DNA of 64,000 bases from Mobula hypostoma. Lineage: Eukaryota. Below are positions 1 to 13,088 of this stretch, one piece after another. The stretch spans positions 219,234,001 through 219,298,000 of the forward strand of contig NC_086097.1 of the NCBI RefSeq assembly GCF_963921235.1, in the 5' to 3' direction. Both the position numbers and the translations under genes were made by a program. The notes beneath the pieces are model-generated. The model was not told where the DNA came from. It did not search any database and saw nothing but the letters and a program-made list of their open reading frames with translations. The stretch's first letter is position 1, and the number at the start of each line of letters is the position of its first letter.

Positions 1-42
1 CGGGGTTGTATATGTATTTTGATAATAAATGGATTTTGAACT

Positions 43-1795
43 TTGAACTCTTTCTGTGTTGTATTGACAACTGCATTGGTGCTGTTCCAATCATCCATGT
101 TGAACTCGTCAATTTTATCAACTCTACCTCCAACTTCCACCCTTCCCTTAAACTCATGGTTCATTTCTGACAGGTCTCCCCTTTCTCAATCTCTCTGTCT
201 CCATCTCGGGAGAAAAGCTGTCTACTGATACCTTTTCCAAACCAACCTTTTCCTATGGCTATCTTGACTCTATCTCTTCTCACCCTGTCACCTGTAAAAA
301 TGCCATTCCCATTTTCTCAGTTCCTTTGTCTCTGCCACATCTGCTCCCAAGATGAGGCTTTCCTTTCAAGGACATCACAGATATATTCTGTGACAGGAAT
401 ACACATAGATTAAGATGTAGCTGTCCTGTGCTGGCACCGGTGGGATCAGCAGTTGGTCTGCCACCTGTCTTCAGGACAGAGAGAGAGATAAGGAAAACAA
501 TGGAGCAGCATTCGGAGATGTGTAATGAAGGGGAAGGAGAGCTGTCAAGAGCAGCTCCCCCTTTGAACCCTGAACTGTTTGAAGTGATGGACAGGCGATA
601 CCCCAGCAAGGGGATAAAAAGGGACAGGTTCGCTAAGGCAGACACACACGACACCCGAGGTAACGAGACCCTGGAAGTGGTGCACCTCTCACAAGTCGGT
701 GGTAAGCTTTTGCATGGCTGATCGCGGGATCAAGCCATAGACGCTCAGGGTGGAAAGGCACGATCGGCGGGAACCTGGTGTGTGTCCACCCTTGCCTGGG
801 TGCCAGGTTCACCGCAGTGAAACGATTCGTATCTGGAAACGGAGGGGTCACGGTCGGTGACCTCAGATGACATCACAAAGGACTCACCCGAAAGCTGACT
901 GCGAAGGTCTGTGTGGAAGCTGTGTTGAATATTCATTCGTTTTGCTCTCTCTCCCCCCCCCCCCGCGCCCCACTGTTCATCGCCACGGCAGCGATTACTG
1001 CAAACTGAACTGAACTAAATTGAACTGAACTTTGCGTCACTTTGAAACTGGTCATTTACCCCTAGACAACGATAGAGCTTGATTAATCCTGTTATCTTAA
1101 TTCTGTGTACATGTGTGTTTATCATTGCTGAACTGTTGTATTTATTAACCTTTTTGATTAGAGTACTGTGTTGCTTGTTTCTTTAATAAAACTTTCTTAG
1201 TTCTAGTAATCCAGACTCCAACTGAGTGATCCATTTCTGCTGGTTTGGCAACCCAGTTACGGGGTACGTAACAATTCCTTCTTCAAAGAGTGGGCTTTCC
1301 TTTCCTCCACTATTGATGCCGCCCTCACCTGCATCTCCTCTATATCCCGAACATCCATCTTCACTCCGTTTTCCCTGGTCGTAATGAGGGTGGAGTTCCT
1401 CTTATCTAACCACCCCATGAGCCCCTGCACCCAGCACGTCATTCTCCACAACTTCTGCCACCTTCAGAGCCCACCACCAGGCACGTCTTTACCTACCCCC
1501 GTACTCTCCATTTTCCACAGGTATTGCTCCCTCCATGATTCTCTTGTCCATTCATCTCTCCCAACTAATCACCTTTCTGGCGCTTATCCCTGTGAGTGGA
1601 AAAAGTGCTACACTTCCCCATTCACCCACATTCAGGGCCCCAAATGGTCCTTCCAGGTGAGGAAATACTTAACCTGTGAAGCTGTTGGGGTTGTATACCA
1701 TTTCAAGTGCTCTCGATGCAGCCTCCTTTGTATTGGTGAAACCCAACTTATTGTAGATTGGGGGTCTGCTTTGTCGAGCACCTTTGCTCTATCCA
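43..1795 (+). mobile_element. Decayed Penelope-like element fragment (RT C-terminus to GIY-YIG), split by a solo LTR
   Basis: 43-388 and 1278-1795 align by eye with the Penelope copy at about 14030-14910. The ORF at 1384 ends in a GIY-YIG-like string (VVYHFKCSRCSLLCIGET). Confidence 0.85.
389..1273 (+). mobile_element. Solo LTR (885 bp), probably Gypsy-type
   Basis: Starts TGTGAC and ends GTAACA. 4-bp TSD ATTC at 385-388 and 1274-1277. AATAAA at 1185-1190. The host Penelope sequence resumes in register on both sides. Confidence 0.9.
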
Positions 1796-1799
1796 CATG

Positions 1800-2575
1800 A
1801 CAATTTTGAGTTGGTGGAATGATCCATATTCAAAGACTCGGCAGCCAGCCCAGATAAGTATGTTACCACTGTCAGCAAGTGAGCAGTAAACAGCATACTA
1901 AAGAGTTCAATCCAGATGTTCTCAAACAGGAAACCATGGATGTACCAGGACACCCACTCTTTACTGAATTGCAGCATTCAAATCAAACGTCCCTGACCTA
2001 TACAAGAAGTTGAGGTACGACCTCCGTAAATCTTTCTGGGATGCCAAGAGACAATACCTGTCCAAAACGGATCACAGAGCAGCTGTCAGTTATAGCAGAG
2101 CTTGCATGCTATAGCAGGCTTCAAAACAAAGACACTAATCATCTCTGACAACAGCCCATCCCTTCCTGAAGGGCTCAACACATTATCTACGTATTTTGAA
2201 CAGAAAGGGAATGGAATGTCACTATCTGCCCTGACAGTCCCAATGCTCCTGAAACTACAGCCACCACTGCACATGGTAGATCATTCTTGCAGACAGTGAA
2301 CCCAGAGAAAGCTCTGTGGGTTCCTGGTTGTGATCTCAGATCCTCTGCAGGTTAACTGGCAGGGGTATTTGCAGACTTTTTAACCTCTCCTGGCTGTGGT
2401 TCCCTCCTGCTTTAAGAAGATCATTGTCATCAAGGTAGCTAAGAAAAATAATGTAATATTCCTTAATGAACACCACCAGAGTCATTGACATTCACCATCA
2501 TGAAGTGGTTTGAGACACTGGCCATGGCGCACATCAATTCCAACAGCACAGCTAACCACGAGCAATTGCAATTCT
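1800..2575 (+). mobile_element. Rex1/Babar-type LINE RT fragment, decayed
   Basis: Remnant motifs NRKPWM, SLPEGLNTLSTYFEQK, LAGVFADF and VPSCFKK. Confidence 0.7.
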
Positions 2576-3934
2576 CCTTCGTTGTAGATAACTGAAACTT
2601 GCTCTGAGTTTCAATCTTGTCAGTTGCACACATTTAAATGTGCAATAACCAGCTAAATATGAGGTTAGAGGTAAATCACCCTATTTAACACCAGCTCTTT
2701 CCCGTTCCATAAGGAGACAATTTTGGATTGCTGTCAGCCCCCAAGGCAAGAGAGTCCATTGCTTGTTACTCTTTACTCTCCCCTCAAATGCAGTGATGTA
2801 ATATGGTTATATCAGCTATGTATGACCCCTGTTAATTAGAAACGTTTATCATTAACCTGTCTTTGGAGTTCAGATAGCTCCTGAGGCTTGGTCCTCCAAG
2901 TGATGTACGCGCCTCAGAATTTGAAGCTTTCAGTAGTCTTGACCTCAACTCCCTCGATGCAAACAAGAATATCTGCATGCCCCCCCCCCACTTCATGATT
3001 TCAACGCCCAGTTTTTTTGTTTTGCCAACATCGAGGGAAAGGTTGTCATCACACCGTGTCATTACTATTCTCCATCTCCTTCCTGTATATCATTAATTGA
3101 GTGCTTGCCCAGCTACAATGGTATCATCTGCAAACAGATGTAGATAGAGCTGGAGTACAATCTACTGGTTGGCTTCATCTTGTTTAGTTTATTTGCTACT
3201 TAAGTTTGTATCAGCTCAACTTCAGTTGCATGTGAAGGTTTGGCCTCACTCTGCACCCTCTCCTTTCCCTGTTTAGAGCTGGAAGAGCAGGTATATCTGC
3301 CTCAAAAGCAAAAACAAATCCACCATAAGCATCAGGAACAAGACCCTTGCCATTTGCATTAAATAAAAGGGTTTTAAGAGAACACATATCTGCTTGGGAA
3401 GTGTTTAGATCCAGTAGATCCATATATTAAATGGAGACCAAATATAAATTGGCTTAATGTATACTCCCTACGCAAGTTGGTGGGAATAAAACTGAAGGCT
3501 GCAAATAAATACAAATGTGCTGGACTCTTGGCTTGCGATGCTATGTCTATGACTTTGTATGAGATGAAGCCTTTTCCCAGACCAGACACCGCCAATGTGT
3601 CAGAAAGGAGCATAGCTTAGGATGAGAGAATCAGGCATAAAGAGAATGTCAACTGGAAAACGTTTTCCTGGACCCGCCATGTTTTCAATGAGGGGGCATA
3701 TCTAATCGTTCTCTAAAGAAGTTGTTTCCTGCCTAGAGTTTCAAAGTTTGAACCTGCTATTCAGGTGTGCTACGTGAATTTTCTGCATTGTGATTTAAAT
3801 GTCCAAAGGTGCTGAGCTCACAAAACACAACAGAAAATCCTGAGATAAGACGAAGAACTTCAAATCATCAGAGCATACTGACCTGTTTTATTCAATTGGA
3901 GTTTAGGAATTCCATCAATGTATTGTTGTTTCTG

Positions 3935-4660
3935 TAAGACCATAAGATATAGGATCAGAATTAGGACATTTGGCCCATCGGGTCTGCTCTGCCATTTCAT
4001 CATGTTTGATCCAATTTTCCTCTCAGCCCCAATCTCCTGCCTTCTCACCATATCCCTCCATACCCTGTCCAATCAAGAATCTATCAACACCTGCCTTAAA
4101 TATGCATAAAGACTCGGCCTCCACAGTTGCTTGTGGTAAAGCATTCCACAGATTCAACACTCTTTGGCTAAAGAAATTCCTCCTCATCTCCATTCTAAAA
4201 GGACACCCCTCTATTCTGAGGCTGTGTCCTCAGGACTTAGACTCTCCCCCCAATGGAAACATCTTCTTCAAATCCATTCTATCAAGGCCTTTCACCATTC
4301 AATCGTCTTCAGTTTCAGCATAACCTTTCTAAGATAAGAGGCCCTAAACTGCTCACAATACTCCGACTAAACCAGGAAATTAACCTTTTGGGGAATCCTG
4401 CACAAGGTCTCCCAAGTCCCTTTGCACCTCAATTTTTTTAAATTTTCTCTCCATTTAGAAAATAGTCAACCCTTCAGTTTCTTCTGCCAAAGTGCATGAC
4501 CATACACTTCTTGACACTATATTCCATTATCCATTTTCTGCCCATTCTCCCAAACTGTCTTAGTCCTTCAGTAGCCTCTCTACTTCCTCAAAACTACCTG
4601 CCCCTCCACCTGTCTTCAGACCCTCCGCAAAATTTGCAACAAAGCCATCAATTTCATCAT
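3935..4660 (-). mobile_element. CR1 LINE 3' fragment
   Basis: Reverse of the CR1 ORF2 C-terminus (RNFFSQRVLNLWN-type) plus 3' UTR and TCTTATGG tail. Confidence 0.85.
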
Positions 4661-5563
4661 TCAGAGAATTAAAATATTCAAAGTACATTTATTATCGAAG
4701 AAAGTATAAATTATACAACCTTGAGATTTGTTTGCTTACAGGCAGTCACAAAGCAAGGAACCCGAAAGAACCCAAATAAAAAAAGACCAACCCCAATGCG
4801 CACAGAGAAAGAAAGAAAGAGAGAAAAAAAAACAAAACGTGCAAACAAAAGAAGTAAGCAACGACATTCCGAACCAGACTGAGTCTTTAGATCCAAATCC
4901 CTGGAGCAGCCCAGAGTAGGCCCAAAACCGCAGTATTTAGTAACTATATTAGTGGGTCAAATCGCTGCAAAGATCGCAGACAAGAAGCACAGCAGCTGGG
5001 GGCAGTCTCACAGCTTTAATGTTGCAGAGAGAGGTGCCCCCAGTTTATCTGGGCCAGCGTTTAAATTGACCAAACAGCTGATCATATCTTGCATTAGGAC
5101 CCAGACCCCGCTGCAGCGAATCGTTCCAGGATTAGATTTTGCTGCTGGAGAAGCCAGCAGCAAATACAATTCATTCTTTTCTATGTATTGGACCATGCCT
5201 GGTTCACTGGCACAGTGCTGGAGAATATGCTCAAGTACTGGGCAGCTGAGGGAAGTTTCCTGAACAGGTGGCTGTATTATGTGTTATGACTGTATCAGGG
5301 CTCTCGGATGTATTCAACATGTTTCCTTCAGTACTATATTAGACACTTAATAAAATAATACATCAAAAGGTACTGTTTTTAGTTTGTAAAAGGAAATCTT
5401 CTTCCTTAGTTTGACTGCTGGAATTTCACTCTGGATTCAAATCTAATGAAAATGAAAAGTGGTCAATTTTGGTTCTACTTAAGTCAAACACCTTACAGGA
5501 CCAAATATTTTTGGGTTGAAAGATGAGGGAAAAGTCATATTATAAAAGGTTGGCTTTAGGATT

Positions 5564-6090
5564 CCATAAGACCGTAAGATATAGGAGTAGAATTAGGCCA
5601 TTTGGCCCATCGAGTCTGCTCTGCGATTTCGTCATGGCAGCCCCAATCTCCTGCCTTCTTCCCATATCCCTTCATGCCCTAACCAATCAAGAATCTATCA
5701 ACCACTGCCTTAAATATACATAAAGACTTGGCTCCACAGCTGCTTGTGGCAAAGAATTCCACAGATTCACCACCCTCTGGCTAAAGAAGTTCTTCCTAAT
5801 CTCCATTACCAAAGGATGCCACTCTATTCTGAGGCTGTGTTCTCTGGTCTTAGGCTCTCCCACTATACGAAACATCCTCTCCACATCAACTCTATTAAGG
5901 TCTTTCACCTTTGAATAGGTTTCAATGAGCTCACCCCTTATTCTTCTGACTTCGAATGAATACAGGCCCAGACCCATCAGATGCTCTTCGTATGACAAGC
6001 CATTCAATCCTGGAATCAATTTCATGAACCTCCTAGTCCTCTTGAAATGAATGCTAACTTTGCACCTGCCTTCCTCACCTCAGATTCCTT
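5564..6090 (-). mobile_element. CR1 LINE 3' fragment
   Basis: ORF 5687-6025: GLYSFEVRRIRGELIETY...KNFFSQRVVNLWNSLP. Confidence 0.9.
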
Positions 6091-7379
6091 GCTCTAGCAA
6101 AATCATAGCCATTAAGTTTGAATTTCAGGGCTTTGTTTGAGTTATTTATTGACTTGCTATTTCAGTTTACTATATGGAACTGATTTTCATCCAAAACACT
6201 TTGTGGTGAGAGGAACCAGCCAAGAACATTCTGTACTTGATGAAAGATTCAAAGTTAGAACAACTTTGATTTATCCACCGGCAGTTCCAAACTCTTAGCC
6301 ACACTGATAGTTTCTGAGGTAAAATCACTTTCCTGATGACTGTCCCTCAACTAAAAAAGCATTTTAAAGATGGGAGTTGTATTTCTGTGATGCCACTCAA
6401 ACTTTATGGATCAGGAGGGGAACATTTAAAACACTAGAGCCTTGCTCCAGAACTATTAATCTTTGTGCGATGCATTCCATCAATGACGACACTTGAGAAT
6501 GATTTCTTTGGTTGCAAATTATTTTATTTTTATTTTTGTTTAGAGATACATTGTGGAACAGGCCCATAAACCCACCTGTCTAACCCTAGCCTAATCACAG
6601 GACAGTTTACCATGACCAAATTACCTACAAACTCATATGTCTTTGAGCTAAGCAAGAAAACCGGAGCACTTGGGGGAAACCAAAAAACTGGCAACAAGTT
6701 TTGGACTATTGAGTCTTGATGATTGACATAGACTAAATATTTGTCATAGAACTGACGAGGAAGCTCTGGTGTTTGACACAAAAGTGCTGAGAGGGCTGAG
6801 CTGCATGCTGATTTGAGCCCAGGCACTCACTTGTGAACCATTTAAAGGGGAAATTAATAGATTATTCTAAAATAACACTTTTCCAGCAATTAAGCTAGAA
6901 CTGAATGGCATATGTAGCTGTGCTTAAGTTTAAAGGCTGGTGGTAACATCTTCATCTATTCCATTTTGAGTTATGTGTTCAATACATTAAATAAGAGAAG
7001 TTCCCAGTGGTGACTCAGTAAAGCCTGTAAGTGCTCGGACTTGCTTCATGATTCAATAGCCACTCTCATTTTGGCTGGAATGTACATTTTCACCTCTGAT
7101 TAAGTTTCTGGCGCAGGCTCCACTTTAAAACATAACATAGCCTGTGCTTCCAAGTCTTCTTCAGTCCACCAATGATTCTTTAGCTGCCTTAACCTGTGGT
7201 GGATATTTGCCTTGGCTCTCAAGTTAGTGCCTGTGACCGATGGTGACATTTTGTGGACAGCACACTAAACTACTAAATACTCTTGTAAGTAAACTTCTGA
7301 ACTATGAACCTGTAATGCAACCTGTAATTTAACTTTTAAGGATGTTGTTTGGAACTGAAAAAGGACCTAGTGCTAGTGC

Positions 7380-7690
7380 CTTCCCATTGTATATGACAAA
7401 TAAACTCTTCTTGGGCTTCCATCCGGGTACAGGTATCGATTTTAACTGACATTTCAATGACAAATTCTGCCATCTTCATTAGGGATGATGCCTGGGCATC
7501 TCTAGTCCGGTGGTATTTATACCCCCCATTGTCTGTCCGTCTCCCTGATGGGTTAGCCCTCATCCCATCAGGTTTCCACTCTCTCACCTTGTTTACAATT
7601 GGATTCCAGTTCTTACTTAGAGTGAGACCTTTGTCTTTGTTAAAATTCTTTTCCTCTGGTTTTATTTAAATGGTTTCCTTCACCAGGCAG
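7380..7690 (-). mobile_element. Penelope-like 3' end of a second family, with a degenerate hammerhead motif
   Basis: Minus strand at 7446-7485 reads CCTAATGAAGATGGCAGAATTTGTCATTGAAATGTCAG, downstream of a GIY-YIG-tail-like coding remnant. Confidence 0.6.
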
Positions 7691-7699
7691 TGTCAACAT

Positions 7700-8300
7700 T
7701 AAGCAAAGTTCTTGCACGTATCCTCATCAACTGACTCCTTCCGTCATCTGAAGGAGCACTCCCTGAATCACAGTGTGTTTCCACCAATTACAGGAAAATT
7801 GCCGTGAACAAAGGCAACTCTTGTACTTGGCTGTCATAGATTTGGCAAAGGCATTTGATACAGTTGACCACCAAGATCCCTGGTGTATACTGTCCAGACA
7901 TGGCTGTTCTGACAAGTACTTACAAATACTGAGGCTATTGCATGATGGCATGTCAACCGCCGTACTTAGCAATAGTGGCACTAGATCAGAACCCTTCACT
8001 GCCAAGACAAGAGTCAAGCATTGCACCCACCCTATTTCCATCTTTATTATTGCCATCCTTCACCTCACTGGCCAAGCCCTGCTACAGGGAATCCCATTCG
8101 TGTATAGAATGGACAACAGGCTTTTCACCCTCAGCAGGTTCAAGGGCAAGAACAGCACTGGCACCACCTCATCGGGCTTCAGTATGCGGATAGCAACACC
8201 ATCACAGCACACTCTGAAGAAGACCTCCAATGAATCCTAAATGCCTTTGCCAAGGCACATAAAGCCCTAGGTCTTGTTCTGAATATATTAAAAAAACACA
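7700..8300 (+). mobile_element. RTE/BovB-like LINE RT fragment
   Basis: ORF 7773: QLQENCREQRQLLYLAVIDLAKAFDTV...LLHDGM...SEPF. Confidence 0.8.
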
Positions 8301-8309
8301 GATCCTATA

Positions 8310-8935
8310 TGACAAAATGCTGGAGGAACTCAGCAGGCCAGGCAGCATCTATGGAGCGTGCAGTCGACGTTTCAGGCCGAGACCCTTCATCAGGACTGGT
8401 AAAAAGAGGATGAGTAGTCGATTTAGAAGGTGGGGGAGCAGAGAGAGAAAAACACAAGGTGATAGGTGAAACTGGGGGTGGGGGGGAGGGGAGGGGTGAA
8501 GTAAAGAGCTGGGAAGTTGATTGGTGAAAGAGATACTGGGTTGGAGAAGGGGGGATCTAATAGGAGAGGACAGAAGGCCATGGAAGAAAAAGGGGGGAGG
8601 AGCACCAGTGGGAGGCAATGGGCAGGCAAGGAGATAAGGTGAGAGAGGGAAAAGGGAATGGGGAATGGTGAAGGGGGGGGCATTACAGGAAGTTGGAGAA
8701 ATTGATGTTCATGCCATCAGGTTGGAGGCTACCCAGACAGAATACAAGGCATTGTTCCTCCAACCTGAGTATGGCTTCATCGCAACAGTAGAGGAGGCCA
8801 TGGGTTGACTTATCGGAATGGGAATAGGAAGTGGGATTAAAATGGGTGGCTATTGGGAGACCCAATGTAGATTGGGAGAGTGTTTCACCAAGCATCTACA
8901 CTCTGTCCACCTGAAGAAGCAGGATCTCCCAGTGA
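8310..8935 (-). mobile_element. Penelope-like terminal repeat and GIY-YIG tail, with an inverted piece at about 8870-8935
   Basis: Reverse complement of about 14925-15480 (LRLEEQCLVFCLGSLQPDGMNINFSNF). 8870-8935 matches about 14870-14935 in forward orientation. Confidence 0.85.
8361..8396 (-). ncRNA. Minimal type I hammerhead ribozyme motif (Penelope-associated)
   Basis: Minus strand GTC-CTGATGA-AGGGTCTCGGCCT-GAAA-CGTC-GAC. Confidence 0.75.
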
Positions 8936-11075
8936 ACCAGGACCCTGGTGGATGGGACCTCCAGCATTGGCTGCTTTGTGGGGAACAATGAGGGTTTGTA
9001 GCCATGAAGCGTTTCAAAGGATGACATACATGGAGGAGATGTGCAGATTGCGGGACAGCTCAGCCCAGAGCAGACACTTTTTCTAGGTGGAAGGGTTAGA
9101 GGCGGTGAAGCCTCTCCACTTGCTGGTTAGCTCTTTCTGATTGACTGTTGATCTGCAGATGATAGCCAGAAGCCAAATCCACTGAAGTTGAGAGAAAGGA
9201 GCAGAAGGCTTGCCAGAAGCAGGAGACAAATTATGGGCCCCAGTCCGACAAAATATTCTGAGGGAAACCATGGAGACAAACTACATGTTGGAGAACCAGG
9301 TCTACTGACTCAGCAACTGACAGGAGTTTGGGGAGGGAAATAAAGTGGGCCACCTTGGAGAATCTGTCCACCATCATCATGATCCCCATGGCCCTATAGG
9401 AAGGTGGCAAAGCTGTGATGAAATCCATGGCGATATGGGGCCACAGTCGTTGGAGGACTAGTAGGTGCTGCAGAAGCCCTGGGGGCCATTGGTTGGGAGA
9501 AATGGGCTGGGCACATTGAGGGCAGGCAGCGATGAACTGATGTACATCTGTGATCATGGCAGGCTAACAGAACCGGTGTTGCAGGAAATGCAGAGCCCAT
9601 TGTGCACCTAGGTGGCTGGAGATGGTTGAGGAGTAGGCCCACTGGAGTTCCTCAGATTATCAGCTGGAGCAGACTTGTGCTGGAAGATCTGGCAGATCTG
9701 GTTCTCAAGATCTTAGATGATTAGGGTGAGGATCTATGAGGGTGGAATGATGGGCTGAGGGTCGACCTCCATTTCAGCTAGGTTGAACTGTCATGACAGA
9801 GCATTTGCCTTCGTCTTTAGGTCGGTAGGAGATGGTGAAGTTGAATTGCTTGAAGAAGAGGACCCAAGAAGCTTGAAATGGTTTGAATTGGTGGGTCTGT
9901 TGCATGGATATGAAGTTCTGGTGGTCAGTCTATATCAGAAAGGGCTCAGTGTTTCCCATCAACCAATGTCTCTATTTCTCTAAGGCCCATTTAATGGTGA
10001 GTAGCTCTCTGTCTCCTACTCCATAAAGACACTGTGTAGATTTAAACCTGCATGAGAAGAAGGCATGTGGGTGTGTCTTCCCATTCAGTCCTCACTGGAG
10101 AGGATGGTCCCAGCACCCACATCAGGTCCGTCCACCTCTACCACAAAAGGTCTGGAGGGGTCCAATAGCAGAGAATGGGAGCGGTAATGAAACGTCTCTG
10201 GAGTTCCTCAAAAGGGTGATCTATGGCAGCGGACCAAATTATCCATGAGGTAGCTGATTTGGTGAATAAGTGAGAGGAGCAGTGATTTGGCTGTAGTTCG
10301 TCATAAAATGGCGGTGGAAGTTGGAGAAGCTCAAGAAGTGCTGTAACTGTTAGAGGGAGTGTGGAAACAGTGAATTCCTCATATTTATTGCAAATGGTGA
10401 CTTTATTGCCCCAGTTAGTGGCAGCTCAAGTCAGAGCTCACCCAGTCAGGATAGAGATGATGAAGGCAATCCTGGTTGGTCCGTAGAATACAGAGATGGC
10501 TGGAGCTCAAAGTGTAAGGTGCACTGGGGCAGGAAGTTCTGGCGTCATTTTGTGGATCCCTGAAGCATTTGGCTACTGGAATCTGGGACTCCAAGGGAGG
10601 AGTTTGACTGGTGCGGCTTGACCGGAGACGGACAGTTGGTTGAAAGTGGCAAACAGATGGTCAATGTTTTCCTGCTGCTTCAGGATCATCTGCTGCTGCT
10701 GACCAACCGACTTCCTTTAGGTGATCATACTCTGCTGGGACAATCGTTGGCTAATCTTGACATCTCATCAAGAAATCTAGAGGATGCTTGACCCAAAAGC
10801 AGATCAGCAGTGAGTGATCACTTTAATAATAAACTGCAAAATAACAACCCACAAGGGGACATGAAATGAGAGAGAACAGATACTTAACTTGACAAGGCAA
10901 CAAGGTAACTGAAGGCTAGGAGCACTTGGTTGAGGCTGGCTGGTTCAATGGGTGAACAAAGGACAGTAGCTGAGAGAAGGGTTTAAATAGGCTGCAGGTG
11001 ATGAATTGGAAATGAGTGGCAGGTGAGTCCTGTTAGCTGAGTTGTAGAATGGGAGGTGCCTGCAAGTCTGATACT
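8936..11075 (-). mobile_element. Internally deleted Gypsy (chromovirus/sushi-like) LTR retrotransposon
   Basis: Integrase remnant CPQC...PGLLQ...WPHIAMDFITALP...VDRFSKVAHFI (9231-9557), RNase H and gag-like remnants, and a probable 5' LTR at about 10760-11075 with a TATTTAAA box. Confidence 0.8.
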
Positions 11076-11149
11076 TTTTTTTAATTTCAAATAATAAATG
11101 TGTTTTTTCTCTCCAAAAGGAAAGTAAATAAGGAAATTGCCTGCTGGGG

Positions 11150-11725
11150 TTCTAGAAGGCACTCATGAGACCACACTTGGAGTTTTGTGTGCAGTTTTGG
11201 GCTCCTTAGTTTAGAAAGGATATACTGACATTGGAGATGGTTCAGAGAAGATTCATGAGGATGATTCTAGGAATGAAAGGGTTACCGTATGAGGACTGTC
11301 TGGCAGCTCTTGGGCTGTATTCCCAGGAGTTCCGGGGAATGAAGGGGGATCTCATAGAAACATTCCAAATGTTAAAAGGCCTGAACAGATTAGATATGGT
11401 CAAGTTATCTCCCATGGTAGGGAGTCTAGGACAAGAGGGCACGACTTCAGGATTGAAGGACATCCATTCAGAACAGAGATGTGGAGAAATTACTTTAGTC
11501 AGAGGGCTGTAAATCTGTGGAATTTGTTGCCACGAGCGGCTGTGGAGGCCAAGTCATTGGGTGCATTTAAAGCAGAGATAGATAGGTTCTTGATTAGCCA
11601 GGGCATCAAAGCATATGGGGAAAAGGCAGGGGACTGGAAGAATTGGATCAGCCTGTGATTGAATGGCGGAGCAGACTTGATGGGATGAATGGCCTACTTC
11701 TGCTCCTGTATCTTATGGTCTTATT
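11150..11725 (+). mobile_element. CR1 LINE 3' fragment
   Basis: ORF 11231: VQRRFMRMILGMKGLPYEDCLAALGLYS; CR1-type 3' UTR. Confidence 0.9.
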
Positions 11726-12419
11726 ATATTATTGTAAAATCACATGAAAAATGGATACAAATATATGCTTTTTGTTTCTGGTTTGTAGGTTCCTTATCTA
11801 ATGCCTAAAATAAGCACTCCATTTGCTGGATAATAGATTAATTAAGGCAATACCTTCATAAGGAAGGATGAACAGTTGTTAGAATTTAATCATCCCAGCC
11901 CCAAGACAACAAGTCTGAAGCTCAAACTTCTTTGCTGCTTAAACAATGATCCTACTTCTATCAGAGAGTCAAAAGTAGAAATGTTTGCCGATAATTGCAT
12001 CATGTTCAACTCCATTCCAAATCCATGGCAAATGAATCAATGCCCATCTGCATCCAGCAAAGCTGGAGTCTGAGTTGGTAACTGGTAGGTGGCATAAGCA
12101 TCATAAAAAATGCTTCCTCCAATAAATGGAAATCTGGCCACCCCACCTTGACATCAAATGACATTAACATTGGCGGATCCCTTGCGATTTACATCTGGGG
12201 GTAATCACATCAGAAAATCAACTTGGCTACACACTAATGGTACAAGAGCAGAGGCTGCTTACTTTCTGGCACTCCAAAACCTACCCACCATTTGCAAGGC
12301 ACAATTCAGTGTGCTATGAAATTGACTTTGGTTCCTTAGATCTAACACTACTCAAGAATCTCATCAGCAGACAGACCAGAACAACTTATTTGACTGAGAA
12401 AAGTACTGCAATGCTGCAA

Positions 12420-12592
12420 ATTGAAACATGGAAAGAGCTGGAATCCCTCAAAGGTTATGGGGATAAGGCAGGAACTGGATACTGATTGTAGATGATCAGC
12501 CATGATCACAGTGAATGGCAGTGATGGCTCGAAGGGCCGAATGGCCTACTCCTGCACCTATTGTCTATTGTCTATTGTCTATTGTCTATTGT
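12420..12592 (+). mobile_element. Short CR1 3' end with (CTATTGT)n tail
   Basis: GAAGGGCCGAATGGCCTACTCCTGCAC followed by five CTATTGT units. Confidence 0.8.
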
Positions 12593-13088
12593 CTTCCCTA
12601 ACCAGAAGCCCTGGATGAACCAAGAGATCTGCAATTTGAAGATCCGTGACATTCAGGTTTGCTCACTAAGTAAAATACAAGAGGTCCAGGTATGATCCCC
12701 AGAAAGCCATCTTACATGTGAAATAGCGATTCTGGACCAAACTTGAATCACTGAAGGATGCCTGACAGGTGTGGCAGAGCTTGAATGCTGTCACCTCCCA
12801 CAAAGTGAAACCAAGCGACATCGTCCCATGTTTCAGAGTTTGGAAGTGAATTTGCTTGGAATTATAGTATTGAAGGCGGAGCTGTAGTCAATAAACAATA
12901 GTCTAACATAGGTGTCTGTACTGTCCCGATGGGACAGGGAACTAGCGTCTACTGTAAACCTGTTTCAGTGGTAGGAGATTTACAGTGGATCGAGGTTGTC
13001 TGGGAAACTGGAGTTGATCTGTGCCATGACTGGCCTCTCAAAGCATTTCATGATGGTAAATATGGGTGGTAGTCATTAAGGCATGTTA

